19,339 bases of DNA from Nitrososphaeraceae archaeon (lineage in GTDB: Archaea > Thermoproteota > Nitrososphaeria > Nitrososphaerales > Nitrososphaeraceae): contig DATFEP010000052.1 in the NCBI GenBank assembly GCA_035250975.1, positions 1 through 19,339 on the forward strand. Reading direction: 5' to 3'. Position 1 is the first letter of the stretch, and every line of letters begins with the position of its first letter. The position numbers and the translations under genes are program-made. The notes under the pieces were generated by a model. That model made no database searches, was not told where the DNA came from, and was given only the letters and a program-made list of their open reading frames with translations. This document shows, piece by piece, positions 8,477 to 17,622 of the stretch.

Positions 8477-8873
8477 TAATTAATATAAATTTATTTTTAT
8501 TAAATATTAAAGTAAAAAATAAAAACATATACCAAAACCAGCATTAGCGTTTTTCAATATGATAATTTCACTACATCAGTTTTATAATTGAAGTTATTCA
8601 AGTTCAGTATTCCACAATATTTCATATTTTAGAAAATAATATTGAATCAGATTACCTGAACATTAGTTTACGGGTCAATTTTCATTTCTTTATTGTGGGG
8701 ATAATAATTTGAGGATATAAAGTATTTCAAATTGTTTTTTCTCATTTTTCGTTTTCTAATTAAAAGCGGGTTTCCAGGACAATAGAGAATCTATGGATAT
8801 AAAATACTAATTTTAGAAATAAAAGTAAGATTAATTCTTAGCCTTGTTCCAAAGTCTCGGTTATCTTCTTATG

Positions 8874-9707
8874 TTATCCTTGCTTCGTAAAAATGTATAT
8901 TGTTTCATCGGCGTTATCATTTGTCCAATGTGTTGGAAGATTTAAAGAATCATTTATTTTTAAATTGTTTTTTTCCATTATTCTTCCCCATCCAAAATGA
9001 GACATATCATTTGCAAATCTTCTTTTTACTGAACTTGCCAAAAAAATTATTACGAAAAATTCGATTCTTTTCTCCTTTATTCTTTTTATAATATTTTCTA
9101 CAAACATCTCTCCCATCTCTGGTAATGCAGATATGATAAAACATGGTCTGGACAATTCTTCATTTGAGAAGTCGTAATCAGTACCATCTGCATTGATTAT
9201 TTCGAATGGAACCTTTGTACTTTCTGAGATCCGTCTCTGAAGCTGGGTAAGACTATGGTCCAGCTCTAATCCAATCGAATATAGTCCCAATAATGCTCCA
9301 CAAAATGGGATTCTTCCATCCCCTGAACCTATGTCTATTATTTCTTTACACTTCATGTCATCTAATCTTAATCTCTCACAGATTAACAGTGCTGATAAAA
9401 TCCACGTGGGATAAAATGGCTGATAACTTGTATCATATTTCTTTGCATTCAAGTAAAAAGTATTTACATCTCCCTCATATGATGTAAATTCGATATCGTT
9501 AATGAGTACATTTGTTTTTTTAAAATATATGGGATTATGGTTTACAAATTTATGCAATTTATCAAGTAATTGGTCATTGATGGGAAAACTTTCTGAATAA
9601 TGATTTGGTATTATTTCTGATATGATACTTTTCGAAATTATTCTATTAAAATAAACTTTTCTAGCTTTAGCTAAATTTTCTGATATTCTCATGTATACAG
9701 CTTCCAA
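8874..9707 (-). CDS. Class I SAM-dependent methyltransferase, aKMT/FAM173-like core with N-terminal extension
   Basis: PFYPT pre-motif, motif I IIDIGSGDGRI, post-I GLELD and motif II INAD. The start may be the downstream ATG (MRISEN). Confidence 0.78.
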   Translation of the reverse strand: MEAVYMRISENLAKARKVYFNRIISKSIISEIIPNHYSESFPINDQLLDKLHKFVNHNPIYFKKTNVLINDIEFTSYEGDVNTFYLNAKKYDTSYQPFYPTWILSALLICERLRLDDMKCKEIIDIGSGDGRIPFCGALLGLYSIGLELDHSLTQLQRRISESTKVPFEIINADGTDYDFSNEELSRPCFIISALPEMGEMFVENIIKRIKEKRIEFFVIIFLASSVKRRFANDMSHFGWGRIMEKNNLKINDSLNLPTHWTNDNADETIYIFTKQG

Positions 9708-9724
9708 GCGTTATAATCTCCTAA

Positions 9725-9898
9725 TTAGTATACTGATTCAGCGGAGGGTCTTAAACCTCTCTTGTAGGTAGACTTACCACATTCTTTACATTTATAAATT
9801 CTTCTACGTTTGTACGTGTCATTCTCCACTATTTCGTGAATAGTTTTTTGCATACATTTATCGCAAAACCTTTTCTCAGTATTCAATTCAACTTTCAT
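9725..9898 (-). CDS. 57-aa zinc-ribbon protein resembling a shortened eL42/L44e (not in ORF track)
   Basis: ATG 9898 to TAA 9725: MKVELNTEKRFCDKCMQKTIHEIVENDTYKRRRIYKCKECGKSTYKRGLRPSAESVY. Two CxxC pairs; it fills the sucD-methyltransferase gap on the same strand. Confidence 0.8.
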   Translation of the reverse strand: MKVELNTEKRFCDKCMQKTIHEIVENDTYKRRRIYKCKECGKSTYKRGLRPSAESVY

Positions 9899-9946
9899 TT
9901 TTATAGGAAAATCAAAAATTACGTGTTTTTTTGATTAATCTTACTA

Positions 9947-10864
9947 TTACCTTTTCAGTCTCGTTCTTAAAAGATCTGGAACTTCTCCGGGTCTTTTAGC
10001 AACAGGTACGTTTGCTCTTGCGTAATTTGTGACTTTCGATTCTGCTGATCCATAGTTTCCGTATACAATAGCTCCTGCATGTCCCATTTTTTTTTCTTTT
10101 GGTGCAGCTCTACCAGCGACATACGCTACAACTGGCTTTTCAAAATTTGTTAATATTATATATTCTGCAAGCTTTTCTTCTGCATCTCCGCCAATCTCTC
10201 CAACAACCACTATGGAATTAATATCGTCTTTATCTCTTACAAGATCAAATGCCTCGATTAAGCTAGTTCCATTTATGGGATCTCCCCCTACTCCGAAGCA
10301 AACTCTCTGTCCATATCCTGATTGAGTTAATGTGTGAGATACTTCATACATTAAAGTCCCACTTCTTGAAAACACAGCTGTCGATCCTTGAACGAATGGT
10401 TTAGCAGGCATTATTCCTACCTTCATGACTTCTGGCACAATGATCCCTGGAGTATTTGGACCGATCATTCTCACCCCTTTTTTTTTAGCATACTCTAAAA
10501 TTTTTAATGAGTCTATAACTGGAACATGTTCTGGAATAGCAACTAGCAATTTTATTCCGTTATCTATAGCTTCTGTTGCAGCACTAAGAAAGAATGGAGC
10601 AGGGACAAAAATTCCAGAAATTTTTGCATGTGTTGCTTCCACAGCTTCTTTAACGGTGTTACAAACTGGTATTCCTTCAAAAGATTGCCCTCCTTTACCA
10701 GGTGTAATACCTGAAACTATGTTTGTACCATATTCTTTCATTAATCTAGTGTGGGTAGATCCAAAACTTCCTGTTATTCCTTGAATGATGACGGGTTTTT
10801 TCTTAAAATCATCATCGTTTTCCTTTCCTATTAAAATATCAAATAAATCAAAATTATTACTCAT
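9947..10864 (-). CDS. sucD: Succinyl-CoA synthetase alpha subunit
   Basis: Motifs QGITG, GITPGKGG, IGPNTPG, SRSGTL, GVGGDP and GEIGG, plus phospho-His motif MGHAGA. Confidence 0.97.
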   Translation of the reverse strand: MSNNFDLFDILIGKENDDDFKKKPVIIQGITGSFGSTHTRLMKEYGTNIVSGITPGKGGQSFEGIPVCNTVKEAVEATHAKISGIFVPAPFFLSAATEAIDNGIKLLVAIPEHVPVIDSLKILEYAKKKGVRMIGPNTPGIIVPEVMKVGIMPAKPFVQGSTAVFSRSGTLMYEVSHTLTQSGYGQRVCFGVGGDPINGTSLIEAFDLVRDKDDINSIVVVGEIGGDAEEKLAEYIILTNFEKPVVAYVAGRAAPKEKKMGHAGAIVYGNYGSAESKVTNYARANVPVAKRPGEVPDLLRTRLKR

Positions 10865-10883
10865 TTTACTTTCAACACTTTAC

Positions 10884-11981
10884 TCAATATTTTACTGCTG
10901 CATTTATTGCTTCTTCTACTGTATTGAATAACTTTGCCTTACTTTCCTTTAACATCTCTCTCGCCTTCTCAGATTCTGCTCCAGTAATTCTTGCAAATAC
11001 CGGTACCTGAATTGTGTTGTCATAATAAGCTTTTAAAATCGCTTGGGCTACTAGATCCGTTCTTACTATCCCTCCAAACAGGTTAACTAGTATTGTTCTA
11101 ATTTTTTTTACTTTACTTATTACTTTTAATGCTTGATAAATCGATTCTGTGGTTGCTCTTCCTCCAAAGTCTAGGAAAGCACCTGCATTGCCACCTGCAT
11201 CTGTAACCATATCTAATGTTGACATAACTAGACCTGCGCCATTCCCTATTATTGCGATATCTCCATCTAATTCAACAAATGAGAATCCATTCTCTTTAGC
11301 TTGTGATTCCAGTTCTGAAAGTTCTTCGTACTTCTTCAAGTCTTCGTGTCTGAATAGTGCATTATCATCAAGTATAACTTTTGCATCGAGTGCTACAAAC
11401 GTTCCATCACCAAGAAGCGCTAGAGGATTAATTTCCGCCAATTCTGCTTCCTTTTCATAAATCAATCTTGACAATTTTTGAATAAATTCAATAAAAGCAA
11501 TTCTCTCATTATCAGCAAGTCCTATATCATTAGCAACACGTGATCCTAGGCCAGAAGTTATTCCATCAATTGGAACATCTATTATTATTCTATTCTTAGC
11601 ACTCTCAATTTCTACTCCACCTTGCGAAGATGCTATTATGGAATAACATCTCTTGGTACGGTTGAGAAAAAATGACAAATAGAATTCTTTTCTAATGTCT
11701 GCCATTTCTTCTAAAAGAATTGATTTCGGCAACTCCCCTTTAACCTCTTTTTTCATTAACTCTTGAAATTTCTGCTTTATTTCCTCTTCTGTTTTACATT
11801 TTAAAATTGCACCCGCTTTTCCTCTTCCTCCCACTGTTAATTGTGACTTTAATACAAGAGGAAAACCAATATCTTTTGCTGCTTCTATTGCTTCGTATAC
11901 ATTTCGTGCTAAACGTGATTTAGGTATTTTGATACTATATGAACTAAAAATCTCCTTGCCTTGATATTCCAATAGTTTCAT
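10884..11981 (-). CDS. sucC: Succinyl-CoA synthetase beta subunit
   Basis: Motifs MKLLEYQGK, GGRGKAG, EINPL, ALDAK...DDNALFRH, GNGAGLVMSTLD, FLDFGG and FGGIVRTD. Confidence 0.97.
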   Translation of the reverse strand: MKLLEYQGKEIFSSYSIKIPKSRLARNVYEAIEAAKDIGFPLVLKSQLTVGGRGKAGAILKCKTEEEIKQKFQELMKKEVKGELPKSILLEEMADIRKEFYLSFFLNRTKRCYSIIASSQGGVEIESAKNRIIIDVPIDGITSGLGSRVANDIGLADNERIAFIEFIQKLSRLIYEKEAELAEINPLALLGDGTFVALDAKVILDDNALFRHEDLKKYEELSELESQAKENGFSFVELDGDIAIIGNGAGLVMSTLDMVTDAGGNAGAFLDFGGRATTESIYQALKVISKVKKIRTILVNLFGGIVRTDLVAQAILKAYYDNTIQVPVFARITGAESEKAREMLKESKAKLFNTVEEAINAAVKY

Positions 11982-12225
11982 TTTTACACTAGGACAATAT
12001 TTTTAGGCTTATATTCGTATTTTTTTCATTAGTTTTTTTAGGTTTATATTAAATTTTCTTAAAAAGCTATATTATTTTCTTCATAAATTATGGTTATTTT
12101 GGGAAAAAAATTCAATATATTATTATTTTCATTTTTATAAAATTACACTCCTAACCAGAGGCAACTCATTTTCATTTATAAATATAATTTGAAACAAATA
12201 ATCTATTTTCCCTTATTCTGAATAT

Positions 12226-12871
12226 TTAGGTGCTTGTACAAAGAATCTCCATGAACCTTTGCTCTCTTATCTTGGTTCTCTTATTATGAATGAATTCGAA
12301 TACTTTGGAATATATCTGTAAATTGTACTTGTTAACATCCGTGAACTTTCTAATCCATACTGTTACAGAACACTTCCACATTCACAATTGTTCACATGGA
12401 CTGTACAATTTGTATATTCATTCTTTCTGTGAATGCATTACACTTCTGTGTTTGAAGCCGTGTTCTTCCAAATGATCATACCCTCTATATTCATTGGTAA
12501 ATTTGGTGGAACCATATTCAATTCTGGTGTATAATACCAAAAATTGACAGATATAAAGGAACATCAAAATATGTCATCGCATTCCTTTGGTGAATGCTTG
12601 TTACCATTGGGTGATCCTTGTAAAATGTACCTCTACCCTCAATGGTTTGAGCCCTCTTTTCCTGCGTTTTCTTCCTGGTTTCATTATATTCTCATGATAT
12701 CGCATATTCTTCAGTTCATACTTGATATAGAATTCATCACCTTCAGCAAGACAACTAAGGTTAGCATAGGTGTTTCTAGTGAACTACACTTTACCTATTA
12801 TAAGTTGTACTCTTAATTCTATTCATGACTCAAACTGATTATTGCAAAATGTGCGATTTTGAGATATGAGC
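12226..12871 (-). mobile_element. Degraded IS1595-family (ISXO2-like) insertion sequence with a transposase pseudogene
   Basis: Minus-strand pieces in shifting frames, in the expected order: AEGDEFYIK...PGRKRRKRGLKP / GRGTFYKDHPMVTSIHQR / GSTKFTNEYRGYDHLEEHGFKHRSVMHSQKE* / VHVNNCE / WIRKFTDVNKYNLQIYSKVFEFIHN...TAA at 12226. Several frameshifts and stops; boundaries are uncertain. Confidence 0.85.
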
Positions 12872-12906
12872 AAAAATTAATTACTAATACTTTATCGTAA
12901 GTTTAT

Positions 12907-13953
12907 ATGGATTTAGAAGCAAGAATTTCTCTTGTCCTAAAAGGACCGACAGAAGAAATAATTACGATGGGAGAGCTAAGAAACTTATTACAAACAGTGT
13001 CAAGACCTAAACATTACATAGGACTTGAAATTTCTGGCAAACTTCATCTTGGAAGTCTTATCCTCACAGGTTTCAAGATAAACGACCTTATCAAAGCGAA
13101 TTTTCATACAACCGTATTTTTAGCAGATTGGCATACATTCATCAATAATAAACTGAATAGTGATTGGGACAAGATCCAAGAAATCTCTAACTATTATAAA
13201 ATGGCCTTTGACTTCTTCTGTCCTGGAGTGAATGTTGTATTAGGTAGTAACTTGTACAGATCCAACGATGTTTATTGGAAAAGTTTTATGAATTTTTGTA
13301 AGCAGATAACTTTACCAAGAACAATTCGTTCTTTGACTATCATGGGTAGAACAGAGAAAGATAACCTCGATTTTTCACAATTCCTCTATCCAGCCATGCA
13401 GTCAACTGACATCCGTGCTCTTGATCTTGACCTTGTTCATGCAGGAACCGATCAAAGAAAAATCCACATGCTGGTAAGAGAAATTTTTCCAAAATTAAAA
13501 TGGAAAGTTCCCATTAGTCTTCATCATCACTTATTACCTGGACTCTTGGAACCTGTAAGTCTCGGACTTACAGAAGACAACAAAGATGATCTAAAAATTT
13601 CTAGTAAAATGAGCAAAAGTAAACCATCTGGAAGTATTTTTATTCATGATGATACAACAAGTATAGAAAATAAGATTAAAAAAGCATTTTGTCCGATTGG
13701 AATTTCAGAAAATAATCCAGTTCTGGAAATAATAAAATATATTACTTTTAGAGAGATGGGAGAATTTACATTAGAACGTCCTGAAAAGTATGGAGGAAAT
13801 ATTACATATGAAGAATATCCCAAACTAGAAAATGATTATGTTAACAAAAAAATTCATCCACAAGACCTGAAACAATCAGTAGCAATTTATCTCGATAAAG
13901 TGATAGATCCAATAAGAAGACATTTTAAAAATCGTGAACCAAATTTTGAATAA
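12907..13953 (+). CDS. tyrS: Tyrosine--tRNA ligase (archaeal type)
   Basis: Motifs YIGLEISGKLHLGS (HIGH), ADWH, YPAMQSTD, GTDQRKIH, KMSKS and HPQDLK. Confidence 0.96.
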   Translation: MDLEARISLVLKGPTEEIITMGELRNLLQTVSRPKHYIGLEISGKLHLGSLILTGFKINDLIKANFHTTVFLADWHTFINNKLNSDWDKIQEISNYYKMAFDFFCPGVNVVLGSNLYRSNDVYWKSFMNFCKQITLPRTIRSLTIMGRTEKDNLDFSQFLYPAMQSTDIRALDLDLVHAGTDQRKIHMLVREIFPKLKWKVPISLHHHLLPGLLEPVSLGLTEDNKDDLKISSKMSKSKPSGSIFIHDDTTSIENKIKKAFCPIGISENNPVLEIIKYITFREMGEFTLERPEKYGGNITYEEYPKLENDYVNKKIHPQDLKQSVAIYLDKVIDPIRRHFKNREPNFE

Positions 13954-14047
13954 TCTTTTTTATTTAGTATTTTTGATCAACATTATTTTTAATCGATTTT
14001 AAATAAAAATCATATTTTAATAATTATTAAAACGTAATAAAAGGAAA

Positions 14048-14839
14048 TTATGTAGATTCGATATTTGAGGGTTTAATCAATTGGTATTTTGATTTATATC
14101 CCCTAGGATTTATCATCATATCTTTATAATTAAAAGTTGAAGAATTTCCGATTATTATTGTAGTAATCATTCCTATCATCTCATCATAGCCTAACATATT
14201 TTCTAAATCAGTTATTACGATATTTTGACTTTCTCTGTAAGCTCCTTTGACAATTGCAACAGGAGTAGTAGCACTTCTATGCTTTAGGAAAATGTCTCTT
14301 GTGTCTTTTAATTGATGTATTCTCTTTTTACTCGCTGGGTTATAAATTACAGTAACATAGTCACCAATAGCTGCTGCTTCTACTCTTTTTACTATCATTT
14401 CCCAAGGTACTAATAAATCACTCATACTAACGACAGCAAAATCTGTCATCAAAGGCGATCCTACTAGAGCTCCACATGAATTCAACGAAGACACCCCAGG
14501 AACACATTCCACATAAATACCATCTTCTCGGCTCCATCCTTTTTCAGCTAAAATCTCATAGATCAAACCTATCATTCCATAAATTCCTGGATCTCCAGAT
14601 GATACCAGTGACACAATTTTTCCATCTTCAGCAAATCTTATAGCCTGATTTGCTCTATCCACCTCTTGTGTCATTGCATATCTATATACTTCCTTACCTT
14701 CAATCAAGTCCTCAACTAGTGATACATAAGTCTCATATCCTACAATTACCTGACTTTCTTCTATTACTTTTTTAGCGCGAAATGTCATATGGTCATGACT
14801 TCCAGGTCCTACTCCCACCACATATAATTTTCCATTCAA
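14048..14839 (-). CDS. cbiH: Cobalt-precorrin-3B C17-methyltransferase (CbiH/CobJ)
   Basis: Motifs LYVVGVGPG, VSSGDPGIYGM, DFAVVSMSDLLVPW, YNPASKKR and INPRGY; TTG start. Confidence 0.95.
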   Translation of the reverse strand: MNGKLYVVGVGPGSHDHMTFRAKKVIEESQVIVGYETYVSLVEDLIEGKEVYRYAMTQEVDRANQAIRFAEDGKIVSLVSSGDPGIYGMIGLIYEILAEKGWSREDGIYVECVPGVSSLNSCGALVGSPLMTDFAVVSMSDLLVPWEMIVKRVEAAAIGDYVTVIYNPASKKRIHQLKDTRDIFLKHRSATTPVAIVKGAYRESQNIVITDLENMLGYDEMIGMITTIIIGNSSTFNYKDMMINPRGYKSKYQLIKPSNIEST

Positions 14840-14900
14840 CTAAATTCTTAAATCTACCTACAATTCAACAAAATTTATCTCTTTATGTGTTTTCTTGAAT

Positions 14901-16298
14901 TCATTTGTCTATAAATTCTTGATGTAAAGCTTTAACAGCTTTGTTACGATCGTTTCCGTCTATTACAAAAGCTAAGTTCAATTCTGAGGAACCTTGAGCA
15001 ATCATTATTACATTAATATTGTTTTTTGCTACCGCACCAAATGTTCTTGCTGCCACTCCCTTTATTCCTCTCATTCCAGAGCCCACTACTGCTATTATCG
15101 CAACATTTTCATTCACATCTATTCTTTTGATTAACTTTCCAAGAAAGTTCAATTCCAGCGTTGTAATAGCCTTATCCAAATCATTTTTTTTTACTACAAT
15201 AGAAATACTGGATTCAGAAGGCGTCTGTGAAATCATCATTATATTTACTTGATTCTTAGCAAGTGCATCAAAAATTTTTGCAGCAGTACCAGGATATCCA
15301 ATTAGGCCTCCACCACTCACATCTATTAATGCTGTATGTCCTATAGCTGTGATAGACTTTACTGTTCTTGTTGAATTTTTCAATGGATTTTGTAGAATCA
15401 TTGTACCACTATTTTTTAAATTATTTATGTTCCTAATTCTCACAGCTATTTTCGAATCCATTACAGGTTCAAGTGCTCTTGGATGCATGTACTTTGGACC
15501 AAACATCGATAACTCTAATGCTTCAGAAAAAGATAATTCATCAAGAATCATGGCATTTTCTACTATCTTCGGATCTGCAGTCATTAATCCATCAGTGTCA
15601 CTCCATAACCAGACCTCATCAGCATTTATGCTGGCAGCTATGATAGTAGCAGAATAGTCTGAACCCCCTCTACCTATGGTAGTAATATTTCCATTTTGAT
15701 CACAGCCAATAAATCCTGTTATCACTGGGATTATTTTTTCTGCAATTAACGGTTCTATCTTGTGACGAACCCTTAATTTTGTTGTATCCATAAGGGGCTT
15801 GGCATCTCCATAATTTGAATCAGTCAGGATTCCTATTTCTTTTCCATTAAAAAATTCTGATTTTAATCCTTTATCCATTAACGAAAAAGACACTATCGGT
15901 GTTGATAGCCTCTCGCCAAAAGATACTAGGTAATCTCTAGATTTTGGAGTTATCTCTCCTAAAATCGAAATTCCTACCAAAATTTCCTTGAATTCGTTTA
16001 GCAAATTCGCTATGATTTCCAATACTTCAGTCTTTCCTTCTGAATTAGTGATTACTTTCTCTATCAGGCTAGTATGAATTGTTTCGATATTATCGACAAA
16101 ATCATTAATAATATTCTTATTAATTTTTTTAATGTCTTTACATAAATCCAAAATTTTATCAGTTATTCCATTTAGAGCAGAAATTATTACAACAATATCG
16201 TTGCCTTCAGAATAATATGAGCTTATGACGTTTATTACGTTTCGGAGCTTATCTTCATTATCAAGCAAAGTACCACCAAACTTCATAACAATTCGCAT
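14901..16298 (-). CDS. lysC: Aspartate kinase with two ACT domains
   Basis: Motifs MKFGGT, SFGERLS, GRGGSDYSA, DTDGLMTADP and HPRA, with tandem ACT domains (VGSGMRG...QGSSE). Confidence 0.95.
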   Translation of the reverse strand: MRIVMKFGGTLLDNEDKLRNVINVISSYYSEGNDIVVIISALNGITDKILDLCKDIKKINKNIINDFVDNIETIHTSLIEKVITNSEGKTEVLEIIANLLNEFKEILVGISILGEITPKSRDYLVSFGERLSTPIVSFSLMDKGLKSEFFNGKEIGILTDSNYGDAKPLMDTTKLRVRHKIEPLIAEKIIPVITGFIGCDQNGNITTIGRGGSDYSATIIAASINADEVWLWSDTDGLMTADPKIVENAMILDELSFSEALELSMFGPKYMHPRALEPVMDSKIAVRIRNINNLKNSGTMILQNPLKNSTRTVKSITAIGHTALIDVSGGGLIGYPGTAAKIFDALAKNQVNIMMISQTPSESSISIVVKKNDLDKAITTLELNFLGKLIKRIDVNENVAIIAVVGSGMRGIKGVAARTFGAVAKNNINVIMIAQGSSELNLAFVIDGNDRNKAVKALHQEFIDK

Positions 16299-16408
16299 AG
16301 CTGTTATATTTTCTTGTTTCCTAGATTAATCCTTCGATAGAATTAATTTAGCAATAAAATAATAATAATCAAAATAATTATAATAATATTATGAAATTGT
16401 CACTAATT

Positions 16409-17161
16409 TCAATCTTGAATTCGTGGAGCAAGATAAAAATGAATTCTTCCTAAACTCGCCACAGTAAACTCTAATCGTAATGGCATCTTACTTGAATATT
16501 CTGCAATAACTGAACCACCAACACTGCTAATAGCTTTAGTAATTTTCAAGAGGTAGTCTATGCTATACGTAGCTAAACTGTCTTCCTTTGAAGTTAATTC
16601 TTCTAAACCTTCGCTTTTTGGTTCCAGGAGTATATTTACTTCTCCAGAATCTCCTCTTCCGAGAAAACTAACGGTCTCAGGCCCAGCATCTATTGTTATA
16701 TATTCTGACAGGACTTGTATATCTGAAAGAATTTTATCAAAAGCATTAGAGGATAAAATAATTTTAGAATTAAAACTTAATTTTGGCAAGGGAGTTGAAC
16801 TAGAAGAACTCTCAATCAAACGCATTTTGTATTCCTTTTTATATCCATTTTGTATTTTGATAGATAACATACTATTTTGGTCAATCGATATCTCGACTGA
16901 ATCTCTTTTCTCAGATCTTTTTATTAATTTTGAAAATTCGTCTATCCTTACTCCAAATTTTACAAGTGAGTCACATTCATATTTTTCAAAAGCCGAATTA
17001 GGCCAGAAAATATCAATAAGGGCAACATGTGATGGATCCATTCCCCTAAAAGATATCCCCTCTATTGAAGCTTCAAAAGTAGCCTCATCCACCAATGTGG
17101 AGATAGCGGAAGCTATTGCTTTCCATTCTTCAGGTGTTTTTGTCGTTGCTACAAAAATCAA
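16409..17161 (-). CDS. pcn: DNA polymerase sliding clamp PCNA
   Basis: Motifs GMDPSHVAL, TYSIDYL, MPLRLEF and C-terminal FYLAPR; TTG start. Confidence 0.97.
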   Translation of the reverse strand: MIFVATTKTPEEWKAIASAISTLVDEATFEASIEGISFRGMDPSHVALIDIFWPNSAFEKYECDSLVKFGVRIDEFSKLIKRSEKRDSVEISIDQNSMLSIKIQNGYKKEYKMRLIESSSSSTPLPKLSFNSKIILSSNAFDKILSDIQVLSEYITIDAGPETVSFLGRGDSGEVNILLEPKSEGLEELTSKEDSLATYSIDYLLKITKAISSVGGSVIAEYSSKMPLRLEFTVASLGRIHFYLAPRIQD

Positions 17162-17277
17162 TCTAAATCTATGTTTTGGCTATATTTTGAGAACTTTAAA
17201 TCTTCCTATTGTTAAAAAATAAAAATTATTTCTTTTTTCCCAATCATTTTTGGCAAAAATCTAGTAAATTTTTAACT

Positions 17278-17622
17278 TTATGAGTAGTTTCTCCATGTGT
17301 GGTTACATTTAGAACATCTGTAGAATTGAGTTGTTGCCTCATCTGCAGATCTAGTTTGCAACATCCACCAAACGGCTAAATTATTGTTACATTTAGGACA
17401 ATCAATGTTGATAGTTGGTAAAATTTCACCATTATTTTCACCATCCATTATTCTTAATGCGTTTCCTTCCTGAATTGTGGCGGTATTTCCAGTCATTGAG
17501 CTTGTGTTTAGGTTAATGCCGTTGATATTGCCTTCTGCCCTGAAATCGCATTTTGGACAAATAACCTGATTTTCGTCAAACTTTAATCTCATTCTTGTTT
17601 CACAATTAGGACAAAATTTCAT
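17278..17622 (-). CDS. tfs: Transcription factor S (TFS/RpoM; TFIIS-like cleavage factor)
   Basis: N-terminal zinc ribbon MKFCPNC...CPKC and C-terminal ribbon CPKC...QTRSADEATTQFYRCSKC with the DE hairpin intact; ATGA overlap with rpoL. Confidence 0.95.
   Translation of the reverse strand: MKFCPNCETRMRLKFDENQVICPKCDFRAEGNINGINLNTSSMTGNTATIQEGNALRIMDGENNGEILPTINIDCPKCNNNLAVWWMLQTRSADEATTQFYRCSKCNHTWRNYS

Noticed and set aside
8477-8873. 397-bp intergenic region examined for small ORFs or ncRNA
   Set aside because: Only very short ORFs and no convincing GC-rich stem structure.
8900-9487. 63-aa and 64-aa plus-strand ORFs
   Set aside because: Antisense to the methyltransferase gene.
10425-11460. 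119-aa and 103-aa plus-strand ORFs
   Set aside because: Antisense shadows of sucD and sucC.
12290-12816. 61-aa and 90-aa Cys/His-rich plus-strand ORFs that look like metal-binding peptides
   Set aside because: They are the antisense reading of the IS1595 transposase relic.
15019-15657. 77-aa and 102-aa plus-strand ORFs
   Set aside because: Antisense shadows of aspartate kinase.
16560-17222. 220-aa plus-strand ORF
   Set aside because: In-register antisense of PCNA; Ser/Ile/Leu-rich with no motifs.
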